DNA of 64,000 nucleotides from Octopus vulgaris (Eukaryota): assembly GCA_951406725.2 (NCBI GenBank), contig OX597826.1, forward strand, positions 46,190,001 through 46,254,000, written 5' to 3'. Under the pieces are notes generated by a model that worked only from the letters and a program-made list of their open reading frames with translations, ran no database searches and was not told the DNA's origin. This document shows, piece by piece, positions 39,674-53,880 of the stretch. The position numbers and the translations under genes are program-made. Position 1 is the first letter of the stretch, and each line of letters begins with the position of its first letter.

Positions 39674-40450
39674 AATGAAGAGAAGGAGGAAGAAAAGGAG
39701 AAGAATGTTGACAATGGTGGTGATGCTTGTGGTGGTGGTGGTGGTAGTGCTAGTGATGGTGATGACCATGACGTTAAGGAGAACGATGATGATAATGACG
39801 GTGGTGCGGCGATGATGATGATGATGATGAGAAGGTGGCTGGGTGACGATGATGAGGATGATGGCAACAATGATAAAATGAATGAGGTGAAGGATAGTAG
39901 CTGTTTCAATGTCCAAATAACAAGGCGGCAATCACAGTGTTAATGATAACGGGGAGATGGTGCTAATGATAGCTGCGGTGGTAACAGTGGTGATGTGGGT
40001 GGGTGGGTGGATGGATGGCAGTGGCATTGATGATCATAGTGATGACAAGAAGGACAACTCCCCTTACTGCCAGTGCTGCAACTGCTGCTGCTGATGATGA
40101 TAATGATGCGGAGGAGGAGGAGGACAACGATATGTCGATGATGATGATGATGATGCGGAGTAAGCGGGGGAGGACAATGGTGACTAGGTTAATGATGATG
40201 ATAATAGTGATAGTGATGATGATGGGAAGGAGGAAGACAAAGGAAGAGAAAGAGGAGAGGAGGAGGGGGACAATGATGACTGTCAATGATGATGATGATG
40301 ATGATGAGGGGGAGGAGGAAGACAAAGGAGGAGCAAGCAGGAGGACAATGATGACTATACTGATGATGGCATGATTGAAATGATTATAATGATAGTGATG
40401 ATGATGATGATGATGATGATGACCAAGTGTCAGAAGAAGCAGCAGCAGCT
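39425..40450. repeat. (GAT/GGT/GAG)n trinucleotide low-complexity tract
   Basis: Degenerate triplet repeats give poly-D/M/S/I/H ORFs in several frames. Confidence 0.85.
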
Positions 40451-40739
40451 TGGCAATAGAAAGATACACCATCACAACACTGGATGTGTTTTTTTAATTT
40501 TTTTATTTATTTTTTTTCATTTTCTAAAACTTTTGTTATATTTCAATTTTTTTAAACTTCAAATTCATCCCACCCCACCCCCATTGAAACACTGCAATGG
40601 AGGAAGCAAACTGAAATGAAAATCAGAAGGGATAGGTCAAACATCAATCGCAAAACTCATTAATCATTACATTTCTCTTTTTTTAATTTTGAATACACAT
40701 ACACACATGTTTGTATGCCAGCACATGAGTGTATGTGTG

Positions 40740-41295
40740 TATATATATATATATATATATGCATACATGATATATATATATATAAATATATATACATACA
40801 TGATATATATATATATATATAAATATATATACATACATGATATATATATAAATATATATACATACATGATATATACAAATATATATACATACATGATATA
40901 TATATATAAATATACATGCATAATATATATATATATATATAAATATATATACATACATGATATATATATATAAATATACATACATAATATATATATATAT
41001 ATATATATATAAATATATATACATACATGATATATATATATATATAAATATATATACAAACATGATATATACAAATATACATACATACATGATATATATA
41101 TAAATATACATACATACATGATATATATATAAATATATATACATACATGATATATATATATATATATGATATATATATATATGTACACACACATGTACAT
41201 ATGTATATATATTATAGATATAAAATAAAAATATAGTTTATATAATATATACATATGTATGTAATATTCATTATATATATATATATGTATATATA
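40740..41295. repeat. Compound minisatellite (ATATATACATACATG plus (AT)n units)
   Basis: Recurrent AAATATATATACATACATG units. Confidence 0.9.
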
Positions 41296-41802
41296 GTGTG
41301 CATCTTTACATACACACACACGGTTCACCTTCCCATATCACCCCAGTCACCAGACAGTCAACAACATTTCTCTTCACCTCCGTCTTCCACGGTGCTGTAT
41401 TATTGCACACCCTTCTTAGTTCAACACCATTTTATTTACATATTTTTTCCTATTTCATTCCCCACCCACCCCTGCCCCTTTTTTTTTTTTCGTTTGTTGT
41501 TGTTTTCCCAGGACAGTATGTCTGTATTGTTGATAACAGCCATTTTGGCTCTTGGTTAAAGAATTTTCCCTTTTTATTAACAGGGCTGTAGAAGGTGGGT
41601 AATGGATGGGTGCATGGATGGTGGATCCAGGTTTCCAATTAATGGTAAAGTCATTTTACTGCTTATTAATTTTTCCCTCTTATTTTTCTTGAACCCAGCA
41701 CCTACTGCCACCGCCACCACCACCACCACCATCATCCCCAACATCATTGGTATAGTTGTCGTCATCGCCACCACTATTACTGCCACTATGTCATTATTAC
41801 TT

Positions 41803-41833
<31 letters not shown>

Positions 41834-41951
41834 CACGTATCTATGTATCTGTGTATGTGTGTGTATATATACACATATGTATATATATGTATGTATGTAA
41901 ATATATATATGGATGGATGGATGGATGGATGGATGGATGGATGGATGGATG

Positions 41952-41994
<43 letters not shown>

Positions 41995-44397
41995 GGATTT
42001 ATTAATGTAGGCATGTAGGTATATAAAACATCTAGAAGTTCTATATTTTTACTTTAAAAAAAAACATCTTAAAAGCTTCAATTACAAGACACAAGATCCA
42101 AACACATTAATGGACAAATATTAGAAAAAAATGTCAGAAAAGAAAAATAAAATAAATTATTAATAATAGTTATCTATCTGTGTGTATGTGTGTGTGTGTT
42201 TTGCCTGTCTACACATTTATCTATTGGTATCTGTCAATTTTTGAATATCTATATAATTGAATCATCTATCTATCTATCTACCCAGTAACAATCTAACTGT
42301 CTATTGGCTCTTTTGTATCTATCTACCTATCTATTAATGAATTTATCTGTCTATATATTAATATATTGCTTTCTATCAATCTGTCAATATCTATATCTAA
42401 ATTAATCTGTCACTATCTATCTTACCCACCTTTCTGTGTCTGTCTGTATGTATGTATATATGTATGTTGCATATTTTTTATATTTAAAAAAATTCTTTAA
42501 ATTGTGAAGCAAGTGTGTGAGTGTGTACTACACATGGATACATGTGGAGCTCTTAAAATCATGACTGACAACGGTTATGTATGTTATGTAGAAGCTGTAA
42601 GGCAAAAGTGATAATAAGAGGGAGATGAGGAAGGAGAGAGATTTGAATCTTGAGCAAGTTATCCAGTCTATAGTTAGCTTCCAGACTCTGTAGTAGAAGG
42701 CAGTGCAGTACCAAATTTAACTGAACTGGTTCGACAACCGGACTGCAACAGCTGAGCTGCTTACCATTATTATAAATGAGGAAAAAAGTGGATGTTGATC
42801 CTCAGTTGGCAACTGATCCAGTGAGACCAGACTGAGGTGTTTCTTTACAATACATACTGGGAATTGAAATGATTTATGCATATACACATACAAACGCAGA
42901 TAAATACGCATACCTATAGACATGATATATACACATGCATACAGACATAAATTCATACACCAACAAACATAATATATACATATGCACACACTACCTGTAC
43001 ACACAAAAATATATAGATCCATAAACATCAATTATACACATGCATATATATGCACATTCACACAAACATACACAACCTACGCACACACAGATAGATAGAT
43101 AGATAGACAGACAGATAGACAGACAGATAGATATTTGTATTTATGTGTGTGTGGGTAAATATATATAAACACACACACACAATCTTTATAGGGTCAATGT
43201 TATTGACTAACACCCAGCTCACCAAAACATTGTTGGTCAGGTGCCAAAATTTGAAAGAATAATATCTCCACTAACATAAAGAACCTTTGTTTCAATTAGT
43301 TTCAAAAATAACGAAGAATTGTGTAAAATAATTTTTGCTATTATTAAGCTGGTGTGTGGAGCATAAATCAAAATGAAATTAATAAGGAAGTTATTAATTT
43401 AAATCACTTAAACTATTTAGCATCTAGCTTTCTCTGTCAAATATAATGCTTATTTATTTATATTCCTTTTAATTAATCACACATCATCTCATAGCTTTGA
43501 GATTTCAATGATGCGATTGTTAATTTTACCATGACATTGTAGGGTAGGCGTGAGAAGCTGGACATGGTCAGTTTGACCATAAAACAGATAAATTGGGCCA
43601 GATATGGCAGGTTTAAATGGTAGGGGGTTAAAGCAGGAAGTTTGCATCATAAAACCGCAGAGACAGTCTCACGAGGGTTGTATATCAAACAGGTTAACTT
43701 CCCATCATCTATTTCTAACCAGGATCAATCGGAACAAACTATATTGCTTCTTTATCTGTATTTAGATTTATCATCAAACAGGTTAATTCTAGACCAGAAA
43801 GATATTAAAGCATTAATAAACCATGCCTCATTCTGCTGACCAACTATTTTTCTTTTTTTTTCCGCTTGAAGTCACGGATAATGAGGAAGTGCATCCAATT
43901 CTCACTTGAATAATGCTGCAAAATTTTAAAAGTTAAATAGTCAACTGATATTAGTGAGACTGCAAACTGTCGTAAAACGTTTGGAAAGTGCTAGAATGTC
44001 TCTGAACAAAGAAATTTCTTCAGCAGTATTACACTTCATCCTTAGATAAACACTAACTTCAAATGGGAAATGTTTGCTAAATTACATCAGATTTTATCAC
44101 CTACATACATATAAATCAGATCTTAGATATCGCCAACTTTAGGAGATGAAGGTTTGGAGCTAATCCCCTTGTAACGTTTGGGAGAACTATCAAATAATAT
44201 CTATTTCAAATATAATGATTTGACCAAGCTATATTGAGTGAGGTAGAAAGTTTCTGATGAACCATGTTTGCAGATAAGTTTTAATTTGCTTCTGTAATTA
44301 TCTCCTCTTAATTAGAGTAGCTAATGTACTTCAGAAAGTTCTCAATAATAATAATTACAATATTAATAATGACAATAATAATAATAATAATTACAAT

Positions 44398-44447
<50 letters not shown>

Positions 44448-44484
44448 TAATAATAATAATAATAATAGTAGTAACAATAATAAT

Positions 44485-44730
44485 GGTTTCCAATTTTGGC
44501 ACAGGGCCAGCAAACTTGGCAAGGGGGATCAGTTGATTACATTGACTCCAGGACTCAACTGGTACTTAGTTTATTGACCTCAGTACTCAAGTGGTACTTT
44601 ATTTAATCAACCCTAAAAGGATGAAAGGCAAAGTCAACCTCAGCAGAATTTGAACTCAGAACATAAGGACAGACAAAATGCCGCAAAGCATTTTGCCCAG
44701 AGTGCTAACGGTTGTGCCAGCTCACCACCT
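44485..44730 (-). mobile_element. SINE family B
   Basis: AAAGGATGAAAGGCAAAGTCAACCTCAGCAGAATTTGAACTCAGAAC...GCCAGCTCACCACC. Confidence 0.8.
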
Positions 44731-46158
44731 TGTGATGATGATGATGATAATAATAGTAATAATTGTACTAATAATGAGGTGAATGCAGTAGAATGAATGG
44801 TAAGCACCATGTTGAGTGAGCCATACTATCTCCTCTAACTGCTTCTTCTACCACTACTACAATAGCCTCTGCCATTCAAGAGCAAACGGGTCTTGTCCTA
44901 CTCCCACACACGCTCTTTCAATTCCCTTGTTTCCTCTCCTCTTCCTATCACCGTTGCTTTGTCCAACCCCTCACCTAGCCTCAACACAAACTACGCCACC
45001 TAGTCCTTCTCCAGAATTCCAAGTCTCTAGAATTTCTTCCCTGCAGGTGTTGGTTTGTAACATTTTAAAGTAGAACAACATTCATGGGATCAATTTCACG
45101 AATCTTAGAGAAAATGCAAAGTCCATGGACACTGCTCCCTTCTCCAGACCCAGCAAGGCAAGGAATGAGGGAGGAGGAGGAGGAGGAGATGGAGAAAAAC
45201 GCCCTCTTTCCCTCCAAAAAACCCTGTCAATCCCAGATTCATGCCTGTAACCATTTCTCTTTCCTCAGCTCACTAACAACCCCAAAATAAGACATAGGCA
45301 TACTACATCACACAATCTTAGTTCCTTCTTAATAATTTTGAAATTGTGTGCTAAATACCAAAACAAAAAAAAAAAAAAAATTAAACAAAATGAAATGAAT
45401 TTTTAATTTAGAATAAATAAGTAAAGATGGTAAAAATTATAGAACACCAGACTAAATGATTTTCAGGATTTAGTTCCATTTTATTTTTTCTACATTCTTC
45501 ATTTGCAGTCCTGACCTGCAGTCAATGACGGGTGGGTGAAGGATTTAATTAAATATAACCCTTGGTGGCCTTATGTTGATGTTAGACATCAAGAATTATT
45601 TCAAGTAAATAAATTTTAAAAATCCCATTAGAATATAACAGAAATGGGCTGTATTTAATTCTAAATTAAAGAATGCTGTATTTATTTTAAAGTTTCCAGC
45701 AAAATATGTAATTTTAGCTTTCAAAAACATTAGAAGTTTGAGGTTGCATAATGACTATTGCAGCTTCATGTTTTAATGTGTTTCACATGAGAAACAACTC
45801 GTAAATAGGAGGGAAAGCTGACACAACGAGCAGAACAAAGTCTAATAAACAATAGAGACATTAAAAATCTCAGAAACAAAGAGAGCTTTACCTGTTATAA
45901 AGAACTCTGGAGAATCTAATAATAGTCTTCTTCAAGTCAATGATAATGACTAATTTTGGCGCAAGGCCCAATAGGTTTGAAAGGAGGGTGCAAATCAATT
46001 ATGCTGGCCTCAGTACTTAAAATAGTAGTACTTTATTTTATCGACCTCCAAAAGGACTAAAGGCAAAATTGTCCCTGGCAGGATTTGAACTCAGAATGTC
46101 AAGAGTCAGAAGAAATGCTGCTAAGAATTTTATCTCATGTGCTACCTTGATGATGACA

Positions 46159-46196
<38 letters not shown>

Positions 46197-46264
46197 AATG
46201 GTTTCAAAATTTTGTACAAGGCCAGCAATTTTGGGGGGAAACAGGTACATCAATTACATCAACC

Positions 46265-46543
46265 TATAGCCTCGGGCTGACCAAAGCTTTGTGAGTGGAT
46301 TTGGTAGACGGAAACTGAAAGAAGCCCGTCGTATATCTGAAAAAATATATATATATGTATGTATGTCAGTGTTTGTCCCCCCAACATCACTTGACAACCG
46401 ATGCTGGTGTGTTTATGTCCCCGTATCTTAGTGGTTCGACAAAAGAGACTGATAGAATAAGTACTAGGCTTACAAAGAATAAGTTCTGGGGTCGATTCGC
46501 TCGACTAAAAGAACTGAAAGAAACCCATCATATGCATATGTGC

Positions 46544-46587
<44 letters not shown>

Positions 46588-46886
46588 ATATGTTTGTCTG
46601 TCTGTGTTTGTCCCCTCCAACATTGCTTGACAAATGATTCTGGTGTATTTACATCCCTGTAACTTAGCAGTTCAGCAAAAGAAACCAATAGAGTAAGTAA
46701 TAGGTTTACAAAGAATAAGACCTGGGGTCGATTTGCTCAACTAAAGGAAGTGCTCCAGCATGGCTGCAGTGAAAATGACTGAAACAAGTAAAAGAATTCT
46801 ATCAGCCTCTTTTTCTGAACCACTAAGATACAGGGACGTAAACATCAATAACAGTTGCCGAGTGGTGCTGGGAAAAAACACAAATG

Positions 46887-46919
<33 letters not shown>

Positions 46920-47106
46920 CGATTATTTCAAGGGTATATATACAATGGGCTTCTTTCAGTTTCTGTCTACCAAATCCATTCACAAGGTTTGGTCAGCCTG
47001 AGGCTATAGAAAAAGACACAAGCCCAAGGTGCCACACAGTTGGACTGAACCCTGGACCATGTGGGTGAGAAGCAAGCTTCTTACCACACAGCCATGCCTG
47101 TGCCTA
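46265..47106. mobile_element. Cluster of SINE family A pieces (two plus-strand partials, one minus-strand)
   Basis: Body duplicated at 46265-46520 and 46510-46795; inverted copy at 46796-47106. Confidence 0.75.
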
Positions 47107-47407
47107 TATATATATACATTTTCCTTTTTCTCTCTCTGTTCTCTTTAAGGTGAAAACCTGACACTCTAACAACAACATATAATAGACAGACAAAAAAAAA
47201 ACAAAAAGAAAAAAAAACAAAAGCAGAAAAAAAAAAATCATTTGGCTGTTATTTTAAATAGTTCTATATTTATTTCATACTTTGGCATTAGTACATAGCA
47301 GTCACTACGGTAATAATAATTTCTGTAGAAGAAAAAATGATGATAATGACAACAACAAGATCACAGGCGAAGACTGCAATACAGTAACTGTAAAGAATAC
47401 AGCAGTC

Positions 47408-47462
<55 letters not shown>

Positions 47463-48267
47463 TAATAATAATAATCACGATGATTACAGTAACAGCAATA
47501 GTGATAATTTTGACATCAGTGTCAAGAAGTACAAGGTAGATGAAGTAATTCCAGTTTCATAAAAGCAGTTAAGCTACAAAAAACACAAAAGACTCCAGTG
47601 GAAAGCTGAGAAAAGCATTTATATATATTTTCGGGTGCAAGTTTATCAGCAGACTCACTAAACTGAGACCACATCTATTGAATTTATTGCTACATGGTTT
47701 TAGATTTGAAAAGATAAATAATAATGATAATAATAATAATAATGATAATAATAATAATAATAATGATAATAATAATAATGATAATGAAATTCACATTATT
47801 GTATAGCTATAGTACACTTTTGAAGAGATGGAGAAAAAAACATACACACACAAAAAAAAAAAAAAGATTGTCGCAAAAGATAAGTAACATTTTCAACTTG
47901 AAACATACTGAAATAATGGTAGCGTCATCGTCATCATCAACAACAACAACAACAACAGCACTATGAAGCGAATGAATAAATTTAACAAGACTAATGCAAT
48001 GCTATCCTGACAAGCACAACAAATAGTCTGCTACACTCTAGAAATTCTTGACTATAAATCGCTCCTCTCACACATGCTTTATACGTATATATGTATGGAT
48101 GGAGTGTATGTATCTTGGAGTGGTTGGTGGTAGGAAGGGCATCCAGCTATAGAAACCATGCCAAATCAGACTGGAACCTGGTGCGGCTCTCTCGCTTACA
48201 AGTTCCAGTCAAACCGTCTAACCCATGCCAGCATGGAAAGAAGACGCTAAATAATGATGATGTTGAT

Positions 48268-48323
<56 letters not shown>

Positions 48324-48327
<4 letters not shown>

Positions 48328-48531
48328 TGTCCCAGAAGTTGCGCACCACCTTGGTTTTTTAAAAGAATACACCCATACTGATTTCAAAAACACATTACTG
48401 AAATTAATCATAACAAATGCTCAAATTGAGCACCCCCAACAATAAATATGCCGAAAAAAATATAATAAAATAAAATGCTTTAATTATTTTAAATGAAAAC
48501 CAGAATGGTGCACGACTTCTAGAACACCCTG
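48324..48531. mobile_element. Tc1/mariner-type MITE in (TA)n
   Basis: Left TAGGTGTCCCAGAAGTTGCGCACCA versus right (reverse complement) CAGGGTGTTCTAGAAGTCGTGCACCA; TA flanks. Confidence 0.75.
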
Positions 48532-48535
48532 TATG

Positions 48536-48641
<106 letters not shown>

Positions 48642-48752
48642 GCCCACACACACACATGTACTGCCATATATAGCATGTGTGCATGATATGCATATGCAGA
48701 TATATACATATATATATACATATACAGCTACACAAGTGCCCATATGCACATA

Positions 48753-48785
<33 letters not shown>

Positions 48786-48801
48786 TTATTATATAGAAGG
48801 A

Positions 48802-48850
48802 GCTTCTACAGGACTAGTACTGTTTCATTCAAGAGAAATCTTCAGGAAGC
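48802..48850 (-). ncRNA. Type I hammerhead ribozyme (intact core nucleotides)
   Basis: Minus GCTTC-CTGAAGA-T-TTC-TCTT-GAA-T-GAAA-CAG-TACTAGTC-CTG-TA-GAAGC. Stem I 5 bp, stem III CAG/CTG, GUA triplet; stem II weak. Confidence 0.7.
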
Positions 48851-48855
48851 AGGAA

Positions 48856-48907
48856 GCTTCCTGAAGATTTCTCTTGAATGAAACAGTACTAGTCTGTAGA
48901 ACTCCTT
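48856..48907 (+). ncRNA. Type I hammerhead ribozyme, inverted sister copy
   Basis: GCTTC-CTGAAGA-TTTCTCTTGAAT-GAAA-CAG-TACTAGT-CTG-TA-GAACTCC; two 1-nt deletions relative to the minus copy. Confidence 0.65.
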
Positions 48908-48983
48908 CTATATAATAAATTAATTTTACTCTGCTATGTATTGAGTACCTTACTTATGTGGTTAACCCCGTATCAACCCGGGA

Positions 48984-49063
<80 letters not shown>

Positions 49064-49681
49064 AGGGAAAGAGTGATGATGATAATGATAAAATAAATGC
49101 CGACTGACAACACATGCATACAGCTGTGTGTGTTCATGTATATGCATATATATGCATGTAAGTATAGAATTATATAAATAGATGAACGAAACACACACTC
49201 AAACATGTCTGAGTGCGTGTTCGTGCAGTAAAATAGACACAACACACATGCATCACATGCAGACAGAACAGAACTTCAAACACAATGTATTATCACCGTC
49301 ATCATCATCATTGTTGTTGTTGTTGTTATAATTATTGTTTGTCAAGATAAACTTTAGTTTCTTTTGTTTTCTTTCCTTTTATCTTTTGTTTTCTTTTCGT
49401 TTTCGTTTCTATTTCCACTGAATTATAACAAAATGTTCGCTAAAGCTAAGCTAATTAGGGGAGATGGAAAATTATGCAATAATAATTCATTAAGTGGATT
49501 GTAACATAATCACTATTAATACATAATAAAACATGATTTCTGTAACAAAAATTCAACAAAAAAAAAGAAAAAAAAAAGTGAAAACAAAAGCAACAAGAAA
49601 AACACTACATAAGCTTTAATAAATCCATTTTAAAACATGAAATAATGTCAATAAGAAAATATAACTAATATAATAATTATG

Positions 49682-49715
<34 letters not shown>

Positions 49716-50055
49716 ATGTTGATGATGATGATGACGATATACAAAGAATCACAGCAGACTTTGTTCTATGATGTCAGAGTTTTAAGAAGAATGGTGCCTT
49801 GAAGTGATGGTAGGTGCATAATACATATTATTCTACCGAAAATAACGAAGACTATTAAAAAGATAAAAAATGGGAAAAATTATTGTATTATGAAGTGGGT
49901 GGTATGGAGGGTGAGATGGGAGGGTTAAAAGAATATTTAGGAAACAGAAATGGTAATATGTGTCTAAATGATGAGGAATAAGTGGTCTGGAAGACTGTGC
50001 GAAACCCACTTTGCTCTGTCGCATTTCTTTTGTCTTTAACACATATCTCTCTTTA

Positions 50056-50462
50056 CTCTTTTACTTGTTTCAGTCATTTGACTGTGGCCATGCTGGAGCA
50101 CCGCATTTTAGTCGAGCAAATTGACTCCCAGGACTTATTCTTTGTAAGCCTAGTACTTATTCTATCGGTCTCTTTTGCTGAACCGCTAAGTTATGGGGAC
50201 GTAAACACACCAGCATCGGTTGTCAAGTGATGTAGGGGAGACAACACAGACCACGGAGACGCACAAACACATACATATATATATATATATATACATATAT
50301 ACAATGGGCTTCTTTCAGTTTCTGTCTACCAAATCCACTTACAAGGCTTTGGTAGGCCCGAGGCTATAGTAGAAGACACTTGCCCAAGGTGCCACGGAGT
50401 GGGACTGAACCCGGAACCATGTGGTTCATAAGCAAGCTACTTACCACACGGCCACTCCTATG
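50056..50462 (-). mobile_element. SINE family A, low divergence
   Basis: Close match to the 57249-57726 and 36734-37122 copies. Confidence 0.85.
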
Positions 50463-50675
50463 CTCCTTGTTCTTCGAACCCTGATGTGTTCCCACAGTGA
50501 CCCAACTCCTACCTTTGCACCCCACCCCAACACACACATACACAAACTGTGGAATCGACTATATAGCACTTTTGATTCTAACCCAATGATGGCCCTTACT
50601 TCTGTTATACCAACTTCTTGTTTTAAAAAGATCAAAATTAATATATTCCATCAAAATTTCATGTCAACTAATGTT

Positions 50676-50880
50676 CCAACTGGCAGAATCGTTAGCACAT
50701 TGGGTGAAATGCTTGGCAGGATTTTGGCCATCTTCACATTCTGTATTCAAATTCCAGAGGCCCACTTTGTCTTTCATCCTTTTGGAGTCCATGAAATAAG
50801 TACTAGCTGAGAACTGGGGCTGGTGTAATCTATTTACCCCCTCCTTGAAACTTCCTGGCTTTGTGCCAGAATTTGAAATC
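50676..50880 (+). mobile_element. SINE family B, diverged
   Basis: CTGGCAGAATCGTTAGCAC...CTTTCATCCTTTTGGAGTCCATGAAATAAGTAC. Confidence 0.7.
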
Positions 50881-52672
50881 AAATTTCTGTTTCAAACACC
50901 AGCTTAATTTATTTTACTAAATACTTCATTATTTACAAAATTAATTAAAATGAAGACAGCATATTTCAATAGAAAAAGGGTCACAAAAGGTTAAATATTC
51001 TCAAGTTATTGAACTTAACATTCCAAGCAGGAAGATAACATTATAGATGTTGTTGTTGTTGCTCTTTAGCCTCAGATTAGCCTACATCAAGAAATAGGAA
51101 AAAGCATTTTTTGTTGTATTTCAGGATGGCCTTGGTGGGGGGGAAGACTTTTTTTTACCCAAATAAACAAATTATATATTCGTTCTTCACTTGTTTATTA
51201 CTGTTCTTATATATTTGTTTTTCACTTTTTTATTACTATTCATATCCACTGTCCGGAAATCTTTCCTCACACATCTGTGACCTCTTCAGCATTTTTTGTT
51301 GTTAGCCCCTATTAACCCAGATCAAGAAAATGCTATAACAATGGAGAAAAAAAAAGAGGCAGAGCTTCTAGACATTGTTGTTGTTATTAAATCACAGGTT
51401 ACCCTGCATCAGAAATACACTATGATAATGGAATAAAAAAAAAACCAGCTTCTTGTTATTGTTTAGGCTAATCTTTCGTTTGAACACCTGACTTGGTCTG
51501 AGGCTATAGCAGAAGACACCCAAATGCATAGATATAGACAGATAAACATATACATACACATGACAAGCTTCTTTCAGTTTCTGTCCACTACACCCACTCA
51601 CAAGGCCGTGGTCAGTCTGAGTCTATAGTAGAAGACACTTGCCTAAGGTGCCACACGGTAAGACTGAAACTGGAACCATGCAGTTAAGAAGCAAACTTCT
51701 TACCATACAGCCACACGTATTATATGCCATGAAATATAGTACGGGTTAGGGCACATGCATTTATAATAGTGTAAGCCTCTGTTGTAGAAGCATGATCTGT
51801 GGAGGACATGAAATCCGTTTGTGTGTAGTTCTCAAAGACATTTGTGTGCGAAGTCAGTGGTAATGTTTAACAGAGCAATATAGTGTTTGTGTGATTAAGT
51901 CATCTCGTGTGTCAACAATGGATGAAAGCTGAAGGTGGCGCTGGTGGTGTCGGGTGGAGGGTGAATTCGTGCCTGCCGTGTTTATTGTGTTGAGTTTCCT
52001 ACGTGATGTCTTCTGTTTGTATTGGTATTAGACTAACAAGTTCAGTGTCTTCTCCAGTGTCAGCAGAGGTGAGATTTTACAGATGTTAGGTTATGTGTGT
52101 GTGTGTGTGTGTGTGTAAACATCCCCACCTCTCTCTCTTCCTATTTGTATATATATAATGTGCGATGGTTTCTGGTAAGCAGCGTTGATTTTTACAATTC
52201 TGTAAATAATAAATATTTTATAGGCTTAAAGCTTATAAGCTATCACCATGTAATGGCTAAAGAAAATAGTCTAATATTGGGTCAAATATGCTCTCAACAG
52301 AAAAAAAGGGTTTCCTGTACATGTGGGAAACCTACATTTTGCCATTGAGTGCTTGTAAGCTTATATACCCCAATATCAGACTATTGTCTAAGCTTATGAA
52401 ATATTATTATATATATATATAATTTGTCAACATGCAAACCCATACTTATTCCCTTTCTGCAGATATTTTATTGTAGCCATGCCAAAGCACTGCTTCAGAG
52501 GGTTTAGTTGATCAAATCCATACTAGTACATTTTAAAGTCTGTTATATATCTTATTGGTCACTTTTTGCCGTACCACTAAGATATTGTGCAGAGGGACTA
52601 ACCATGAAACCACTGGCTTATAAAGTGCAAACTGCATAAAATACACAGACCATATCTATACCTTTCTCACTC

Positions 52673-52703
<31 letters not shown>

Positions 52704-52812
52704 TTAAGTAGGTGAATGAATTATCCTATGTTTATCGTCAGCATGGAAAATTCGTTTGGTTACCATGTAGGCAATCATTGAAATTTTTGGTTGTCTTGTT
52801 GTTGAGAGAGGC

Positions 52813-52908
52813 TCCTTTTCTTTCCTGATGAGAAGATTGAATAATGCACCCTTTATTCCTTCGGAATGAAAATATGCTGTCTTCGAAACATGTGTCGAGA
52901 GTAAAGGA
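52813..52908 (+). ncRNA. Canonical type I hammerhead ribozyme; predicted cleavage after C52896
   Basis: Stem I TCCTTTTCTTTC/GAGAGTAAAGGA (11 of 12 pairs including G-U); CTGATGA at 52825-52831; stem II GAAGA/TCTTC with G-C closing pair; GAAA at 52885-52888; short self-complementary stem III (ACATGTGT); GUC triplet. Confidence 0.85.
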
Positions 52909-53049
52909 ATTTTGTTAACATCTTCGTTCGACTCCATTCTTTCATTTATATATATATATATTGTTAAATTTATGGGCAATAAATTAGTTACCCCTCTATA
53001 ATACGCAAAATATTTTAACATTTTTTAATGAAATTCCTAATAACATAAG

Positions 53050-53287
53050 CACCATCTGATCGTGGCCATTTGCCAGCCTCATCTGGCACCTGTGCAGGTG
53101 GCACGTAAAAAGCACCCACTACACTCACGGAGTGGTTGGCGTTAGGAAGGGCATCCAGCTGTAGAAACACTGCCAGATCAGACTGGACCCTGGTGCAGCC
53201 TCCCGGCTTCCCAGACCCCAGTTGAACCGTCCAACCCATGCTAGCATGGAAAACGGACATTAAATGATGATGATGATGGTGATGATG
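53050..53287 (+). mobile_element. RTE-tailed short element (family E)
   Basis: GGCACGTAAAAAGCACCCACTACACTC..AGGAAGGGCATCCAGCTGTAGAAAC..TTAAA(TGA)n. Further copies at about 6880-7045 (-), 48117-48268, 55235-55352 and 61055-61257. Confidence 0.8.
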
Positions 53288-53880
53288 ATATAATGAGATA
53301 TTTTCGAACATCAAATGGCTATGGGGGGGGGGTCTGGTAGAATAAAACGGGAACTAAAGGGGTCGATAGGTGAAAAAAAAAATGGTGGAGAAACACTGGT
53401 TTAGTGGTTAGGACCCTTGTCATGGCTGTGGTAATCCAAGTTCACGTCCTGATGATTGCAGCCTCCCTCAATGTTGGTGCAGATGTGGCTGCATGATAAG
53501 GAGCTTGCTTCCCATCCACATTGTTCTGGGTTCAATCCCACTGCATGGTGTCTTAGAGAAGTGTCTTCTACTATAGCCCCATGTTGATGAAAGCCTTGTA
53601 GTGAGTTTGGCAGAAGTCACCATGTAGCCATGAAATTCTTAGCACTTTTATTCTTCTGGCTTTGCTGTCATCACCAACACCAATTTTGTTTTTTGCTTTT
53701 TGCTTTTTTTGTTTGCATTGTCATTGTCATTATTATTTATCATCATCATCACCACCACTATCACAATTATCATCACACTCAGTATTGTGATTGTCAACAT
53801 TATCATCATCTCCATCACCATCAGTATCATAACTTTCACCAGCATCTACCATCACCCCACAACATCCATCATCATCATCA

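Noticed and set aside
39253-40475. Asp-rich, Ser-rich and Met-rich ORFs up to 218 aa
   Set aside because: Degenerate trinucleotide tract, open in several frames, with no domain or splice support.
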